Source of the DNA: an uncultured delta proteobacterium
Lineage (GTDB): Bacteria; Desulfobacterota; Binatia; HRBIN30; BPIQ01
Reading direction: 5' to 3'
Assembly (NCBI GenBank): GCA_963761335.1
Contig: CAVXGR010000015.1
Span: forward strand, 64,001 to 128,000
Length of the DNA stretch: 64,000 nt
Of this stretch, positions 33,268 to 42,879 are shown one piece after another. Made by a program: the position numbers and the translations under genes. The notes below the pieces were generated by a model that was given only the letters and a program-made list of their open reading frames with translations, did not search any database and was not told where the DNA came from. Every line of letters starts with the position of its first letter. Position 1 is the stretch's first letter.

Positions 33268-34005
33268 TCAGCCGGCGAACCGCTGCATCTTGCGCATGAT
33301 GCGATTGGCCTCGGCCACCAGGGCGCGTCGCAGAGTCGGCTTGGTGGTACGAGCGCACCAGTCGCGCAGTGACTGCAAGTCCCGCCCGAGCGATTCCATG
33401 ACCGCCAGCCGGGCCCGGCGGCGGGGATCGCGGCGCGCCGCCTCGAGGCGCTGGTTCCACCTGCTCAGCTGGGCATCGAGCGCGTTGACCGCCACCTCGA
33501 TCTTTTCCTGATCCGGCGGTGCCCCCGGCTGCATCGCGGGCGCTGCGCCCTTTGCCCGCGGTGGCTGCCGCGCGAACCCGTACTTGCGCAGCACGCCCGC
33601 GACGATGCCGCGGACACGGACGTGCTCGCCGCGGATCACCAGCGGCAGCATCTCCGGATTTGCCGGTTGCAGGCGTACCTCGCCGTCGGGACCGATATAG
33701 AACTTCTTCACGGTGACGCAGCCGTCGACCTCCGCGACCACCGTTTGTCCGTTGGCGGCGGTCTCGCGAGGCTCGACGATCAGGTAATCGCCATCGTGGA
33801 TGCCCTCGTCGATCATCGAGTTGCCCTTCACCCGCAGGGCGAAGACGCCATTGGTGTCCCACAGACCCTCCGGTACGGACAGTGTCTCGTCGATCTCGAA
33901 GGCGCGGTACGGCTGCCCGGCGGCCACCACTCCCAGCAGCGGGATCTCGACGGTCGCCTCCGGCGTCCAGCTCTCTGCAGCCCAAGACGTTGCTCCACTT
34001 CGCAT
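33268..34005 (-). CDS. LexA/UmuD-like S24 peptidase lacking an N-terminal HTH, with C-terminal helical extension
   Basis: IPLLGVVAAG (Ala-Gly cleavage site), GNSM (Ser) and TVKK (Lys); only about 20 aa precede the cleavage region; SD GAGGAGG. Confidence 0.85.
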   Translation of the reverse strand: MRSGATSWAAESWTPEATVEIPLLGVVAAGQPYRAFEIDETLSVPEGLWDTNGVFALRVKGNSMIDEGIHDGDYLIVEPRETAANGQTVVAEVDGCVTVKKFYIGPDGEVRLQPANPEMLPLVIRGEHVRVRGIVAGVLRKYGFARQPPRAKGAAPAMQPGAPPDQEKIEVAVNALDAQLSRWNQRLEAARRDPRRRARLAVMESLGRDLQSLRDWCARTTKPTLRRALVAEANRIMRKMQRFAG

Positions 34006-34025
34006 CTTCACCTCCTCTTCGCCTG

Positions 34026-34053
34026 AACTATACGAATAAAGAGCGAAAGTAAA
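34026..34053 (-). promoter_or_regulatory. Promoter with a possible SOS-box-like direct repeat
   Basis: Minus strand reads TTTACTTTCGCTCTTTATTCGTATAGTT: TATAGT -10 element plus a TTCG-N7-TTCG repeat. Confidence 0.4.
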
Positions 34054-34160
34054 GTCGTCGAGGTTTGCCCGCAGGATCGCGTCCCCTCTTGGGGCTGAGG
34101 ATCTGTCTCGAAACCAAAGTCGAAGCGCCGTCCCGGCGCTTCGAAGCGGCGGGACGGGCC

Positions 34161-34916
34161 CTAGCCCCGCGCCTTCCCGGGTTCCTGGGCGCTGCGCCGG
34201 AACCCGGGATAATAGCGCTCCAGCTCCCGACGCAGCTCGGCGACCGGCATCTGTCCGGGGGCGCTGGCGGCGCGGTGGAAGCCGAAGGTGATGCGCGACC
34301 CGGCCAGCGGGAAGAAGACGCGGGAGATGGTGCCGAGCTCGCCGACGGCCATGGTGACCAGCGGCTGGCGGCGGTGGCGCAGGGTGAACTCCAGCAGGTG
34401 GAGGAGGTCCTCGCGGTGCCGCGGTGCCGCGGCGACCTTGACGATGTCGGCGCCGGCGTCGCGAGCGGCGTCGTGGATCGCGTCGAGCGCGGCGGCGCCG
34501 GGGGTGGCGGCGAAGTCGTGATGCGAGACGATCGCCAAGCGGGCTGCGCTGTGAGCCGCGGCGATCACTTGGTCGCGCAGAGAGGCGCGCAGCTCGATGT
34601 CGACGGCATCGACGGACGGCATCACGGCGCCATAGAGGGCGAGGCGCTCCGCATCCGGCAGCTCCTTCTGGCCGCCTTCCTCGGCGGCGCGCACGGTGGC
34701 GATGATCGGGGTCTCCGGGCTGGCGCCGCGCACCGCCTCGACGACGCCGCGGACGTGCTCGATGTCCAGGCTCGAGAAGGCGTCGATGCGCAGCTCGACG
34801 ATGTCGGCGAGGCGCGCCACGGCGCGCATGTCGCCGCCCGGGTCGTCGTCGGTGAGGGGGACGGCGATACGCGGTACATCGCCGAGCTCGAGCGAGCCGA
34901 TGCGGATGGCGCGCAT
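34161..34916 (-). CDS. aroD: Type I 3-dehydroquinate dehydratase
   Basis: DIVELRID, IIATVR..EGG, VDIEL, SHHDF..TP, ADIVKVA and SAPGQ motifs. Confidence 0.92.
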   Translation of the reverse strand: MRAIRIGSLELGDVPRIAVPLTDDDPGGDMRAVARLADIVELRIDAFSSLDIEHVRGVVEAVRGASPETPIIATVRAAEEGGQKELPDAERLALYGAVMPSVDAVDIELRASLRDQVIAAAHSAARLAIVSHHDFAATPGAAALDAIHDAARDAGADIVKVAAAPRHREDLLHLLEFTLRHRRQPLVTMAVGELGTISRVFFPLAGSRITFGFHRAASAPGQMPVAELRRELERYYPGFRRSAQEPGKARG

Positions 34917-34921
34917 GCTCC

Positions 34922-36526
34922 TCACCGCTCGAGAACGATCACGCAGGCGTTGGCGCCACGCCCGACGGTGTGCGCCATCGCGGTGCGGGCGCCGCTCACC
35001 TGCCGCCCCTCCGCCTCACCGCGCAGCTGCCAGACGAGCTCGATCACCTGCCCGAGCCCGGAGGCGCCGAGAGGTTCGCCCTTCGACAGGAGCCCGCCGC
35101 TCGGATTGACGGGCAGCCGGCCGCCGATCTCCGTATGGCCCTCCTCGATCCACTCGCCGCTCTCGCCGTGGCCGCACAAGCCGAGCTCCTCGTATGACAG
35201 CAGCTCGCGGCCGGAGTCGGTGTCCTGCACCTCCACCACGTCCAGGTCGGCCGGACCGATGCCGGCGGCGCCAAAGGCGTCGCGCGCCGCCAGCTCTGTC
35301 GGGCTCGGGGGGTCGGTGTCGAGCCCGGAGAGCGGCGTGTGCTCGCCGAGGACGCTGCCGGGAAGGTGGGAACGCAGCGCCGCCGCGGCGATCCGCACCG
35401 GTCCGGGCGTGCTTCCGGAGGCGCGCAGCACGACGGCCGCGGCTCCCTCGTTGGGGGCGCACAGCATGAAGGTGGTCAGCGGATCGCAGACCATCGGCGA
35501 TGCGAGCACCTGCTCGCGGGAGAGCTCCTTGCGGTACATGGCGTAGGGGTTGTGCACGCCGTTGCGGTGGTTCTTGACCGACACCTGCGCCAGCTGCGCG
35601 CCGGTCACGCCGCTCTCGCGCATGAGTCGCTGCGCCCGCAGCGCGAAGTAGGCGGGGTTGACCGCCAGCCCTGCCTCCTCGCGCCAGGGCTCGAAGAAGG
35701 ACGAGCGGATGACCCCGCGCGGCATCTTCTCCATGCCGAACACCAGCACGCAGTCGCAGCGCCCGGAGCGGATTGCCTCGATGCCGAAGATCAGGGCAGC
35801 GCCACCGCTGGCGCAACCGGCCTCGATGTTGGCGATGGGCACGCCGGTGAGACCGAGGGCGGTGAGCACCTTGTGACCGGCGGCGACGCCGCTGTACACG
35901 GTGCCGCAATAGGCCGCCTGAAATCCGCCGCGCTCGACACCGGCGTGGCGCAGCGCCTGGCGCACCGCGGCCACCCCCATGTCGACGGCGCTCTGGTCGG
36001 CGAAGCGCCCGAAGGGGTGAATTCCGAGACCGGCGATCTCCACCGGACGCCCACCGCCGGCGAGGGCCGCGGGAAGCCGCCACGGCGGCGGCTGCGGGCG
36101 CGCCGCCTGTGGCGGGGGCGCGGCGCCGGTGTCGGCGGCGAAGGCATAGGTGACGACCTCTTCGCCGTCGTCGTCGCGATGGAGCGGCTCGGCCACCAGT
36201 CGCATCGGCGTTCCCGCCGGCAGCTGGGCCGCGTCGGCGTCGGCGATCCGGGTCACGACGCGCAGCCCCGCCGCCAGCTCGACGATGCCGAAGCCGAAGG
36301 GAAGAGCGCCGCGATAGCCGGGCGGACGGTTGACGACGGAGGTGGAGAGATAGAGCCGCGCCGCGCTATCGGTCAGCGCCTCGGTGTCGGCGTCGCCGCC
36401 GCAGTACGGGCAGAAGGAGGCGGCGGGGAAATGCAGCCGGGCGCAATCCCGGCAGCGGCCGGCGAGCAGCTGCGGCGCGCCATCGTCGACGCACCGGAAC
36501 AGGCCTGCCGTGATGGCGCGTCCCAT
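34922..36526 (-). CDS. Fusion of a DUF35 (Zn-ribbon/OB-fold) domain and an SCP-x-type thiolase-fold domain
   Basis: N-terminal CRDC...FP...CPYCG and an OB-fold segment (FGIVEL..G.RV); C-terminal EAGCASGG, KNHRNG..NP.A and NPSGGLLSKGEPLGASG. Confidence 0.85.
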   Translation of the reverse strand: MGRAITAGLFRCVDDGAPQLLAGRCRDCARLHFPAASFCPYCGGDADTEALTDSAARLYLSTSVVNRPPGYRGALPFGFGIVELAAGLRVVTRIADADAAQLPAGTPMRLVAEPLHRDDDGEEVVTYAFAADTGAAPPPQAARPQPPPWRLPAALAGGGRPVEIAGLGIHPFGRFADQSAVDMGVAAVRQALRHAGVERGGFQAAYCGTVYSGVAAGHKVLTALGLTGVPIANIEAGCASGGAALIFGIEAIRSGRCDCVLVFGMEKMPRGVIRSSFFEPWREEAGLAVNPAYFALRAQRLMRESGVTGAQLAQVSVKNHRNGVHNPYAMYRKELSREQVLASPMVCDPLTTFMLCAPNEGAAAVVLRASGSTPGPVRIAAAALRSHLPGSVLGEHTPLSGLDTDPPSPTELAARDAFGAAGIGPADLDVVEVQDTDSGRELLSYEELGLCGHGESGEWIEEGHTEIGGRLPVNPSGGLLSKGEPLGASGLGQVIELVWQLRGEAEGRQVSGARTAMAHTVGRGANACVIVLER

Positions 36527-36563
36527 GGCCGCTCCATAGCACGCCCGCCCGGGGCATCAGCAA

Positions 36564-36659
36564 ACCGAGCCACCGAGCCACTGAGCCACCGAGCCACTGA
36601 GCCACCGAGCCACTGAGCCACCGAGCCACTGATCCACCGAGCCACTGATCCACTGATCT
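36564..36659. repeat. Tandem repeat of 12 x 8 bp (ACYGAKCC) with 16-bp higher-order structure
   Basis: Units ACCGAGCC, ACTGAGCC and ACTGATCC counted directly; intergenic, abutting the asnS stop codon. Confidence 0.95.
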
Positions 36660-37953
36660 ACGGCTCCAGTCGCTCCATCATTCGCGGGAATGGAATCGTC
36701 TCGCGTACGTGGTGGAGCCCGCAGACCCAGGCGACCATGCGCTCGATTCCCATGCCGAAGCCGGCGTGGGGCACCGAGCCGTAGCGGCGCAGGTCGAGGT
36801 ACCACTCGAAGGCGGAGCGCGGCAGCTGGTGAGCCTCGATCTTGCGCACCAGGACCTCGTAGTCGTCCTCGCGCTGCCCGCCGCCGATGATCTCGCCATA
36901 GCCCTCCGGCGCCAGCACGTCGACGCAGAGAGCCAGGCGCGGATCCTCCGGATCGGCCTTCATGTAGAACGCCTTGCACTGCGCCGGATAGCGGTGAACC
37001 ATGACCGGGCGATCGAAGGTGCTGGAGAGGGCCGTCTCCTCGTCGCCGCCGAAGTCCTCCCCCCAGTCGATCGCCGCGCCGCCGCGGCGCAGCTGCTCGA
37101 CGGCTTCGCCGTAAGCGATGCGGGGAAACGGCTTGCGCACCTTCTCCAGGGCCGTCAGGTCGCGCTCCAGGCTCTCCAGCTCGCCGCGGCGGCTGCTGAG
37201 TGTCCGTTGCACGACGTACTCGACGAAGTCCTCGGCGAGGTCCATGTCGCCGGCCAGGTCCATGAACGCCACCTCCGGCTCGACCATCCAGAACTCGGTG
37301 AGATGGCGCCGCGTCTTCGACTTCTCGGCGCGGAAGGTGGGGCCGAAGCAGTACACCTTCCCGAAGGCCATGGCGGCGGCCTCGGCGTAGAGCTGGCCGC
37401 TCTGTGTGAGATAGGCCTTGCGCTCGAAGTAGTCGGTCTCGAAGAGGGTGGTGGTGCCCTCGCACGCCGCCGGCGTGAAGATCGGCGCATCGATCAGGGT
37501 GAAGCCGCGACCGTCGAAGTAGTCCCGGCAGGCGCGGATGATCTCGGCGCGCACGCGCATGATGGCGTGCTGGCGCGCCGAGCGCAGCCACAGGTGACGG
37601 TGGTCGAGCAGGAAGGCGACGCCGTGCTCCTTCGGGGTGATCGGGTACTCGGAGGCGCGGTGCAGGAGCTCGAGGTGGCGAACGCTCAGCTCGTAGCCGA
37701 TTCGGGCGCGCCGGTCGGCGCGCACCGTTCCGCTGACGCGGACCGAGGACTCCTGGGTGAGGTGATCGGCGAGCGCGAACTCCTCGGCGGAGACGTCGCC
37801 CTTGAAGATGACGCACTGGATGGTTCCGGTGCCGTCGCGCACTTGCAGGAAGTGCAGCTTGCCGCTCGAGCGCTTGTTGTACAGCCATCCCTGGATGGCG
37901 ACCTCCTGTCCCTCGTGTGCGGCGATGTCCTCGACGTAGACGGTGGCGGCCAT
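36658..37953 (-). CDS. asnS: Asparagine--tRNA ligase
   Basis: OB anticodon-binding domain; [30 protein letters not shown] and [10 protein letters not shown] motifs. Confidence 0.96.
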   Translation of the reverse strand: MAATVYVEDIAAHEGQEVAIQGWLYNKRSSGKLHFLQVRDGTGTIQCVIFKGDVSAEEFALADHLTQESSVRVSGTVRADRRARIGYELSVRHLELLHRASEYPITPKEHGVAFLLDHRHLWLRSARQHAIMRVRAEIIRACRDYFDGRGFTLIDAPIFTPAACEGTTTLFETDYFERKAYLTQSGQLYAEAAAMAFGKVYCFGPTFRAEKSKTRRHLTEFWMVEPEVAFMDLAGDMDLAEDFVEYVVQRTLSSRRGELESLERDLTALEKVRKPFPRIAYGEAVEQLRRGGAAIDWGEDFGGDEETALSSTFDRPVMVHRYPAQCKAFYMKADPEDPRLALCVDVLAPEGYGEIIGGGQREDDYEVLVRKIEAHQLPRSAFEWYLDLRRYGSVPHAGFGMGIERMVAWVCGLHHVRETIPFPRMMERLEP

Positions 37954-37996
37954 GAATGGGCCCAGTGTCTCACTTCGGCTGCGGAGGTTCCAGCGG

Positions 37997-38731
37997 TCAC
38001 CGGCGCCGAGCGCGCGTGCCGAGGATCTGGGCGGCGCGCCGGAACACCGCCTCGAAGGCGGACCACTTCAGCTTGCCGGTGAAGGTATTCTGCTGGCTCG
38101 GGTGATAGGAGGCGATGAGGACGAGGTCGCCGAGGTCGATCTCGGCGCCGTGAGCAAAGCGCGGTCGCGGGCGCGGCACCTCGCCGCCGGCGTCCTGGCG
38201 CGCCGCCAGGTAGGAGTCGAAGGCGATCTTGCCGAGGGCGACGATGACCTGCAGGTGGTCGAGGGTCTCGAGCTCGCGCAGGAGGTAGGGGCGGCAGTGG
38301 AGGACCTCCTCCCGGGTCGGCTTGTTGGCCGGCGGGGCGCAGCGCACGGCGGCGCTGACGTAGGCGCGCTGCAGGGCGAGGCCGTCGTCGCGGGCGCTGG
38401 AGGTGGCCTGGCTGGCAAAGCCCGTGGCGTGCAGGGCGCGGTAGAGCCACTCCCCCGAGCGGTCTCCGGTGAACATGCGGCCGGTGCGGTTGGCACCGTG
38501 CGCCGCCGGGGCCAGGCCGACGATCAGCAGGCGCGCCGCGGGATCGCCGAAGCCGGGCACCGGCCGTCCCCAGTACACCCAGTCGCGGAACTGTCGCCGC
38601 TTGTCGCGGGCGACGGCTTCACGATGAGCGACCAGCCGCGGACAGCGGCGACAGGCGGCGATTTCCGCGGCGAGAGCGGCGATGGCTGCGGTCGGCGCTT
38701 GCCGGCCGCGTTCGCCACGAGCTCCGGGCAC
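37997..38731 (-). CDS. Uracil-DNA glycosylase, family 5 (UdgB-like)
   Basis: CRRC Fe-S motif, [31 protein letters not shown] and YHPSQQN; GTG start chosen next to the upstream stop. Confidence 0.9.
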   Translation of the reverse strand: MPGARGERGRQAPTAAIAALAAEIAACRRCPRLVAHREAVARDKRRQFRDWVYWGRPVPGFGDPAARLLIVGLAPAAHGANRTGRMFTGDRSGEWLYRALHATGFASQATSSARDDGLALQRAYVSAAVRCAPPANKPTREEVLHCRPYLLRELETLDHLQVIVALGKIAFDSYLAARQDAGGEVPRPRPRFAHGAEIDLGDLVLIASYHPSQQNTFTGKLKWSAFEAVFRRAAQILGTRARRR

Positions 38732-38732
38732 T

Positions 38733-38993
38733 TCAGTGAGTGGTAACCGTGCCGCCCTCGCTGACTCCGAACATCTGGCCGACCGCGTCGTAGGCGGGTC
38801 CGAGAACACCGTCCAGGGTGTCCGTCAGCAGCTGCTCGATGTCGGAGATGTCGTCGACCGACAGAGCGCTCATGTCCTGGTGCATGCCGTGTAGGGCCCA
38901 GATCGCGGTGCGCATTCTGCCGCGCACCTCGTCGAGCATCCGCAGGACTTCCTGAGGATCCAGTTGGACGGCTTGATCGCCATCTTTCGCCAT
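38733..38993 (-). CDS. Small hypothetical helical protein (86 aa)
   Basis: ATG preceded by AAAGGAGAG; MAKDGDQAVQLDPQEVLRML...; stop abuts the UDG start. Confidence 0.65.
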   Translation of the reverse strand: MAKDGDQAVQLDPQEVLRMLDEVRGRMRTAIWALHGMHQDMSALSVDDISDIEQLLTDTLDGVLGPAYDAVGQMFGVSEGGTVTTH

Positions 38994-39221
38994 TGTTGGT
39001 GCTCTCCTTTCGGCGGACAGCCAAGCAGAGTCTGCCCAGTCCGGTGCGGGAGCGCAAGAGACTCGGCGGCGCGGCACATCGCCTTGTCCCCCAAGGAGGT
39101 GCGTACTATATGCCCGACTTGGGGATATGACTTGCCGCGGTGACTCCGACCCGGTGGAGCCGGCACGGGAAGGCCGGTCGCCACGAATCCGGCCGCGGCG
39201 AGCCGCGAGCGGGGCTCCTGC

Positions 39222-41606
39222 ATGTCGTTGATGGAACGCTACGTTCGCTTCATCGTGCGCCACCCTCGCCCGGTGGTCTTGGCGATCCTCGTCGTCACCG
39301 CCCTCCTCGCCACCCAGCTCCGCCACGTGCACATGGAGATCCGCCGCCGCGCGAATCTTCCGGAGGATCATCCCTACGTACAGATTCAAGATCGCATTGC
39401 GGACCTGTTCGGCGGTGAGACGACGCTGATTGTCGGCGTGATCCCGCGACACGGCGACATCTTTTCTCCTTCGACCCTCGAGAAGATCATCCGCATTACG
39501 CGCAAGTTCGAGGATCTCCGCGGGGTTGTCGAGAGCAATCTGCTCAGCATCGCGGCCCGGCACGTGAAGGCGATCCGTCCCACCGCGGACGGTATGGACG
39601 TGCGGCCTCTGCTCGAGTCAGTGCCGAAGACTGCGGAGGGGCTGGAACGTCTCAAGCAACAGATTCTGTCTTATGAGATCTACGCCGGCACACTGGTGGC
39701 GCGCGACGGACGGGCTGCCGCCATCGTCGTCGACTTCGATGACGAGCTGACCGACGCGCAGATCGACGACGCCGCGGAGAAGATTCTCGCGCCCGAGCGC
39801 GACGACACCGTCCGCTTCGCTCTGGGCGGGGCTCCACTGGTTCGGGCCTACGTCGGTAGGTACACGCGGGAGATGGGATTCCTGTTCCCGATCGCGGTGC
39901 TGGTCATCGCCCTGGTCCATTACGAAGCGTTTCGTACCGTACAGGCGATGGTCCTGCCGCTGGCGACGGCGCTGCTCAGCGTTCTCTGGGCCGTCAGCTT
40001 CATGGGCTTCACCGGCCAGCCGATGGACACTTGGAGCGCCATCACTCCCGTCGTGATCCTGGCGGTGGCGGCAGGGCACGCCGTTCAGATCCTGAAGCGG
40101 TACTACGAGGAGTACGCGATCGTCGGTGACAGTCGGGAAGCCGTGGTGCGGTCGGTCACCGCGGTCGGACCGGTGATGCTGACCGCCGGGTTCATCGCGT
40201 CGGCCGGATTCGCTTCTCTCCTCACTTTCGGCGTGAGCAGCGTCCGGGCCTTCGGCCTCCTGCTGTCGGTCGGCATCCTCAGTGCCCTGTTGATCGAGAT
40301 GACCTTCATCCCGGCGTGCCGAGCGATGCTGCCCGCCCCGCGCGGAGCGGAGGCCTCGCGCGAGCGGGGCGGTCGTGTGCTCTCCGCAATGCTGGAGTGG
40401 TTGTCGACGCTGATCATGGGGAATCCGCGGCTCTTGCTGGCCGCCGTCGTCGCCGTCGTCGCCGTTGCCGCGATCGGTATTCCGCGGCTCCGCGTCGACA
40501 ACAGCTTTCGCGGATGGTTTCCGGCGGATTCCGCAATTCGGCAGGATGACGATCTTCTCAATCGGCGACTGGCGGGCGCAACGACCCTGTATATTCTCCT
40601 GGAGGGCAAGGAGGACGGAGATCTGGAGCGGCCGGAGGTGCTGCGCGCCGTTGACGATCTCGAGAACTGGCTCAGAAGGCAGCCCAACGTCGGCGCGACC
40701 CTATCTCTGGCGGACTTCATCAAGCGGATGCACGGAGTGATGTCGTCCGGAACCGATCGCGCTGCCGCAGAGATTCCGAACAACAAGCGCCTGATCGCCC
40801 AGTACCTGCTGCTGTACTCGTTGTCCGGCCCCGACGACTTCAACTCCGTCGTTGACCCGGCGCACCGCCTGGGGGTGGTGCGCGCCTACGTCAAGACCGA
40901 CGAAGCGGAGTTCGGGGATGAGCTGTTCCGTCAGCTGACGACGTATGCGCGTGGGCGATTCCATGGCCTGCCGGTGACCCCGGAGATCGCTGGCGGTGCT
41001 CTCGGGGTGCAGACGGCGCTGAATCAGGTCATCGTCCACGAGAAGGCCGTCAACGTCCTGCAGATCTGCCTCATCATCTTCGTTCTCTCGAGCCTGGCAC
41101 TGAGATCTCTGGTGGCAGGCCTTCTGGTACTGGCGCCGCTGGTCCTGGCGGTGGTGTTCAATCTCGGAGTGATGGGTCTCACGGGGACTTGGCTGAGTAT
41201 CGGAACCGCCACCATCACCGCGATGGCGATCAGTATCGGTGCCGATTTCGCCATCTACCTGATCTTCCGTATTCGAGAGGAGCTGGGTCGCTCGGGCGGC
41301 GACGTCGCCGAGGCGATGCGAACCAGCCTGCTCACCTCGGGCAAAGCGATCTTTTTCGTGTCCTCGGCGGTGGTGCTGGGATATCTCGTCTTGGCCCTGT
41401 CCGGGTTCAAGCTCTGGATCCACCTGGGGGTACTCACGGCGCTGATGATGGCCGTCAGTGCTCTTGCGGCGCTGATCGTGATCCCTGCCGTCGCTCTGGT
41501 GATCCGTCCGCGGTTCCTCTGGCGCCGCATCTCCGCGGGCGAGTCCGGAGGAATGATGGCGCGGCCGGAGAGCGCCGATGAGAAGATCGGTGGGCAGGTG
41601 CGCTGA
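39222..41606 (+). CDS. MMPL/RND-family transporter
   Basis: Duplicated RND topology; SIGADFAIY and TSGKAIFF motifs. Confidence 0.9.
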   Translation: MSLMERYVRFIVRHPRPVVLAILVVTALLATQLRHVHMEIRRRANLPEDHPYVQIQDRIADLFGGETTLIVGVIPRHGDIFSPSTLEKIIRITRKFEDLRGVVESNLLSIAARHVKAIRPTADGMDVRPLLESVPKTAEGLERLKQQILSYEIYAGTLVARDGRAAAIVVDFDDELTDAQIDDAAEKILAPERDDTVRFALGGAPLVRAYVGRYTREMGFLFPIAVLVIALVHYEAFRTVQAMVLPLATALLSVLWAVSFMGFTGQPMDTWSAITPVVILAVAAGHAVQILKRYYEEYAIVGDSREAVVRSVTAVGPVMLTAGFIASAGFASLLTFGVSSVRAFGLLLSVGILSALLIEMTFIPACRAMLPAPRGAEASRERGGRVLSAMLEWLSTLIMGNPRLLLAAVVAVVAVAAIGIPRLRVDNSFRGWFPADSAIRQDDDLLNRRLAGATTLYILLEGKEDGDLERPEVLRAVDDLENWLRRQPNVGATLSLADFIKRMHGVMSSGTDRAAAEIPNNKRLIAQYLLLYSLSGPDDFNSVVDPAHRLGVVRAYVKTDEAEFGDELFRQLTTYARGRFHGLPVTPEIAGGALGVQTALNQVIVHEKAVNVLQICLIIFVLSSLALRSLVAGLLVLAPLVLAVVFNLGVMGLTGTWLSIGTATITAMAISIGADFAIYLIFRIREELGRSGGDVAEAMRTSLLTSGKAIFFVSSAVVLGYLVLALSGFKLWIHLGVLTALMMAVSALAALIVIPAVALVIRPRFLWRRISAGESGGMMARPESADEKIGGQVR

Positions 41607-42851
41607 TCAGCTGTTCGGACGTCGGAGGAGGGCGTACGCGTTGATCCCTCCGAATCCGTAGCTGCAGACCAGAACGCGCCTCAGGGACGCTGGGCGGGCG
41701 GTTCCCGGGACGAAATCGAGATCGCATTCCGGGTCGGGATCCTCCAGGTGATGTGTGGGGGGGATCAGCCCGTTGGCGATGGCGAGCGCCGCCGCCGAGA
41801 TCTGAAAGGCGCCGGCCGCACCGAAAGGGTGCCCGAGAATGCCTTTGATGGAGCTCACGGGCAGGCGAGCTGCGACCTCTCCGAGAGCGTGCTTGAGCAC
41901 GCGGGTATCCTTGCGGTCGAAATGGGGAGAGGAGTTCCCGTTGGCGCACACGTAGTCGAGCTCGGCAGGAGTGACCTGTCCGCGGGAGAGGCAGGCGCGG
42001 ATTCCCTCTGCCCCGGCGACGGCCGACTGATCGACGCGGAATGGGTCGGTGGCATCGACTGAGGAGGAATGGGCGACCAGCTCCGCGTAGATGGGGACGC
42101 CGCGTCGGCGCGCCCCTTCGCTCGACTCGAGCACCAGGACGGCGCTGCCCTCGCTCAACACGAATCCCTCGTGCCTCCGGTCGAATGGGCGGGAGGCATG
42201 AGCGGGATCATCGTTCTCGCAGCAGAGCTCCCGCGTGCGCGTCATCCCCGCAACCACGAGCGGCGAAATGGGGGCCTCGGTTCCCCCAGCCAAGCAGCAC
42301 TCGAGCTCGCCGCTGGCGATCAGATCCGACGCGTACCCCACGGCCTGGGTGCCGGCGCAGCATCCGGTGGAGAGGGTTGCATGGGTTCCGCGGGCGTTGA
42401 GGGCGATCGCCACTTCCATTGCCGGGGCGTAGTTCGGAGCGCTGCTGAGGGCGAAAGGGTTGACCCGATTGGCTCCCTTTTCCAGGAGGATGGCGAACTG
42501 CTGCTGCGCTTCGTGCCAGCCGCCCAGTGAGGTTCCGAGCACCACGCCGCGTGCGCCGGGCTCGTACTGCTCCAGGTCAATCCCGGCATCGCGCAGAGCC
42601 AGCTCGGCGGCGGCCAGTGCGAACTGGCTGCACAGGGGTGCGTTGCGGAGCTTGGCGGGACTGACGAGGTCTCGGAACGTCAGGTCGCGCACCTCCCCGG
42701 CGATGCGGCAGGAGTACCCGGCTGTGTCGAAGCGTGAGATCGCGCCGATCGCCGGAATTCCCTCGATGATGCTCCTCCAGAAGGACGCCCTGCCGATCCC
42801 CGTCGGCCCGACGATTCCGATGCCGGTGATCGCGACACTGCGGCGCTGCAT
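41607..42851 (-). CDS. Beta-ketoacyl-ACP synthase (FabF/KS-alpha-like) with atypical active site
   Basis: VAITGIG, STGCCAG (Cys), SRPFD..HEGFVLSEG, KGILGHPFGAAG and YGFGGIN; the usual HGTST reads NGNSS. Confidence 0.9.
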   Translation of the reverse strand: MQRRSVAITGIGIVGPTGIGRASFWRSIIEGIPAIGAISRFDTAGYSCRIAGEVRDLTFRDLVSPAKLRNAPLCSQFALAAAELALRDAGIDLEQYEPGARGVVLGTSLGGWHEAQQQFAILLEKGANRVNPFALSSAPNYAPAMEVAIALNARGTHATLSTGCCAGTQAVGYASDLIASGELECCLAGGTEAPISPLVVAGMTRTRELCCENDDPAHASRPFDRRHEGFVLSEGSAVLVLESSEGARRRGVPIYAELVAHSSSVDATDPFRVDQSAVAGAEGIRACLSRGQVTPAELDYVCANGNSSPHFDRKDTRVLKHALGEVAARLPVSSIKGILGHPFGAAGAFQISAAALAIANGLIPPTHHLEDPDPECDLDFVPGTARPASLRRVLVCSYGFGGINAYALLRRPNS

Positions 42852-42879
42852 CGCTCCCCCCCCCCGCGTCGCGGCCGGA

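Noticed and set aside
36564..36659. Possible CRISPR array, or repeat-protein ORFs (WLGGSVAR repeats, 36366..36653)
   Set aside because: The 8-bp units are contiguous with no spacers and no cas genes; the ORFs are translations of the repeat and overlap a real gene.
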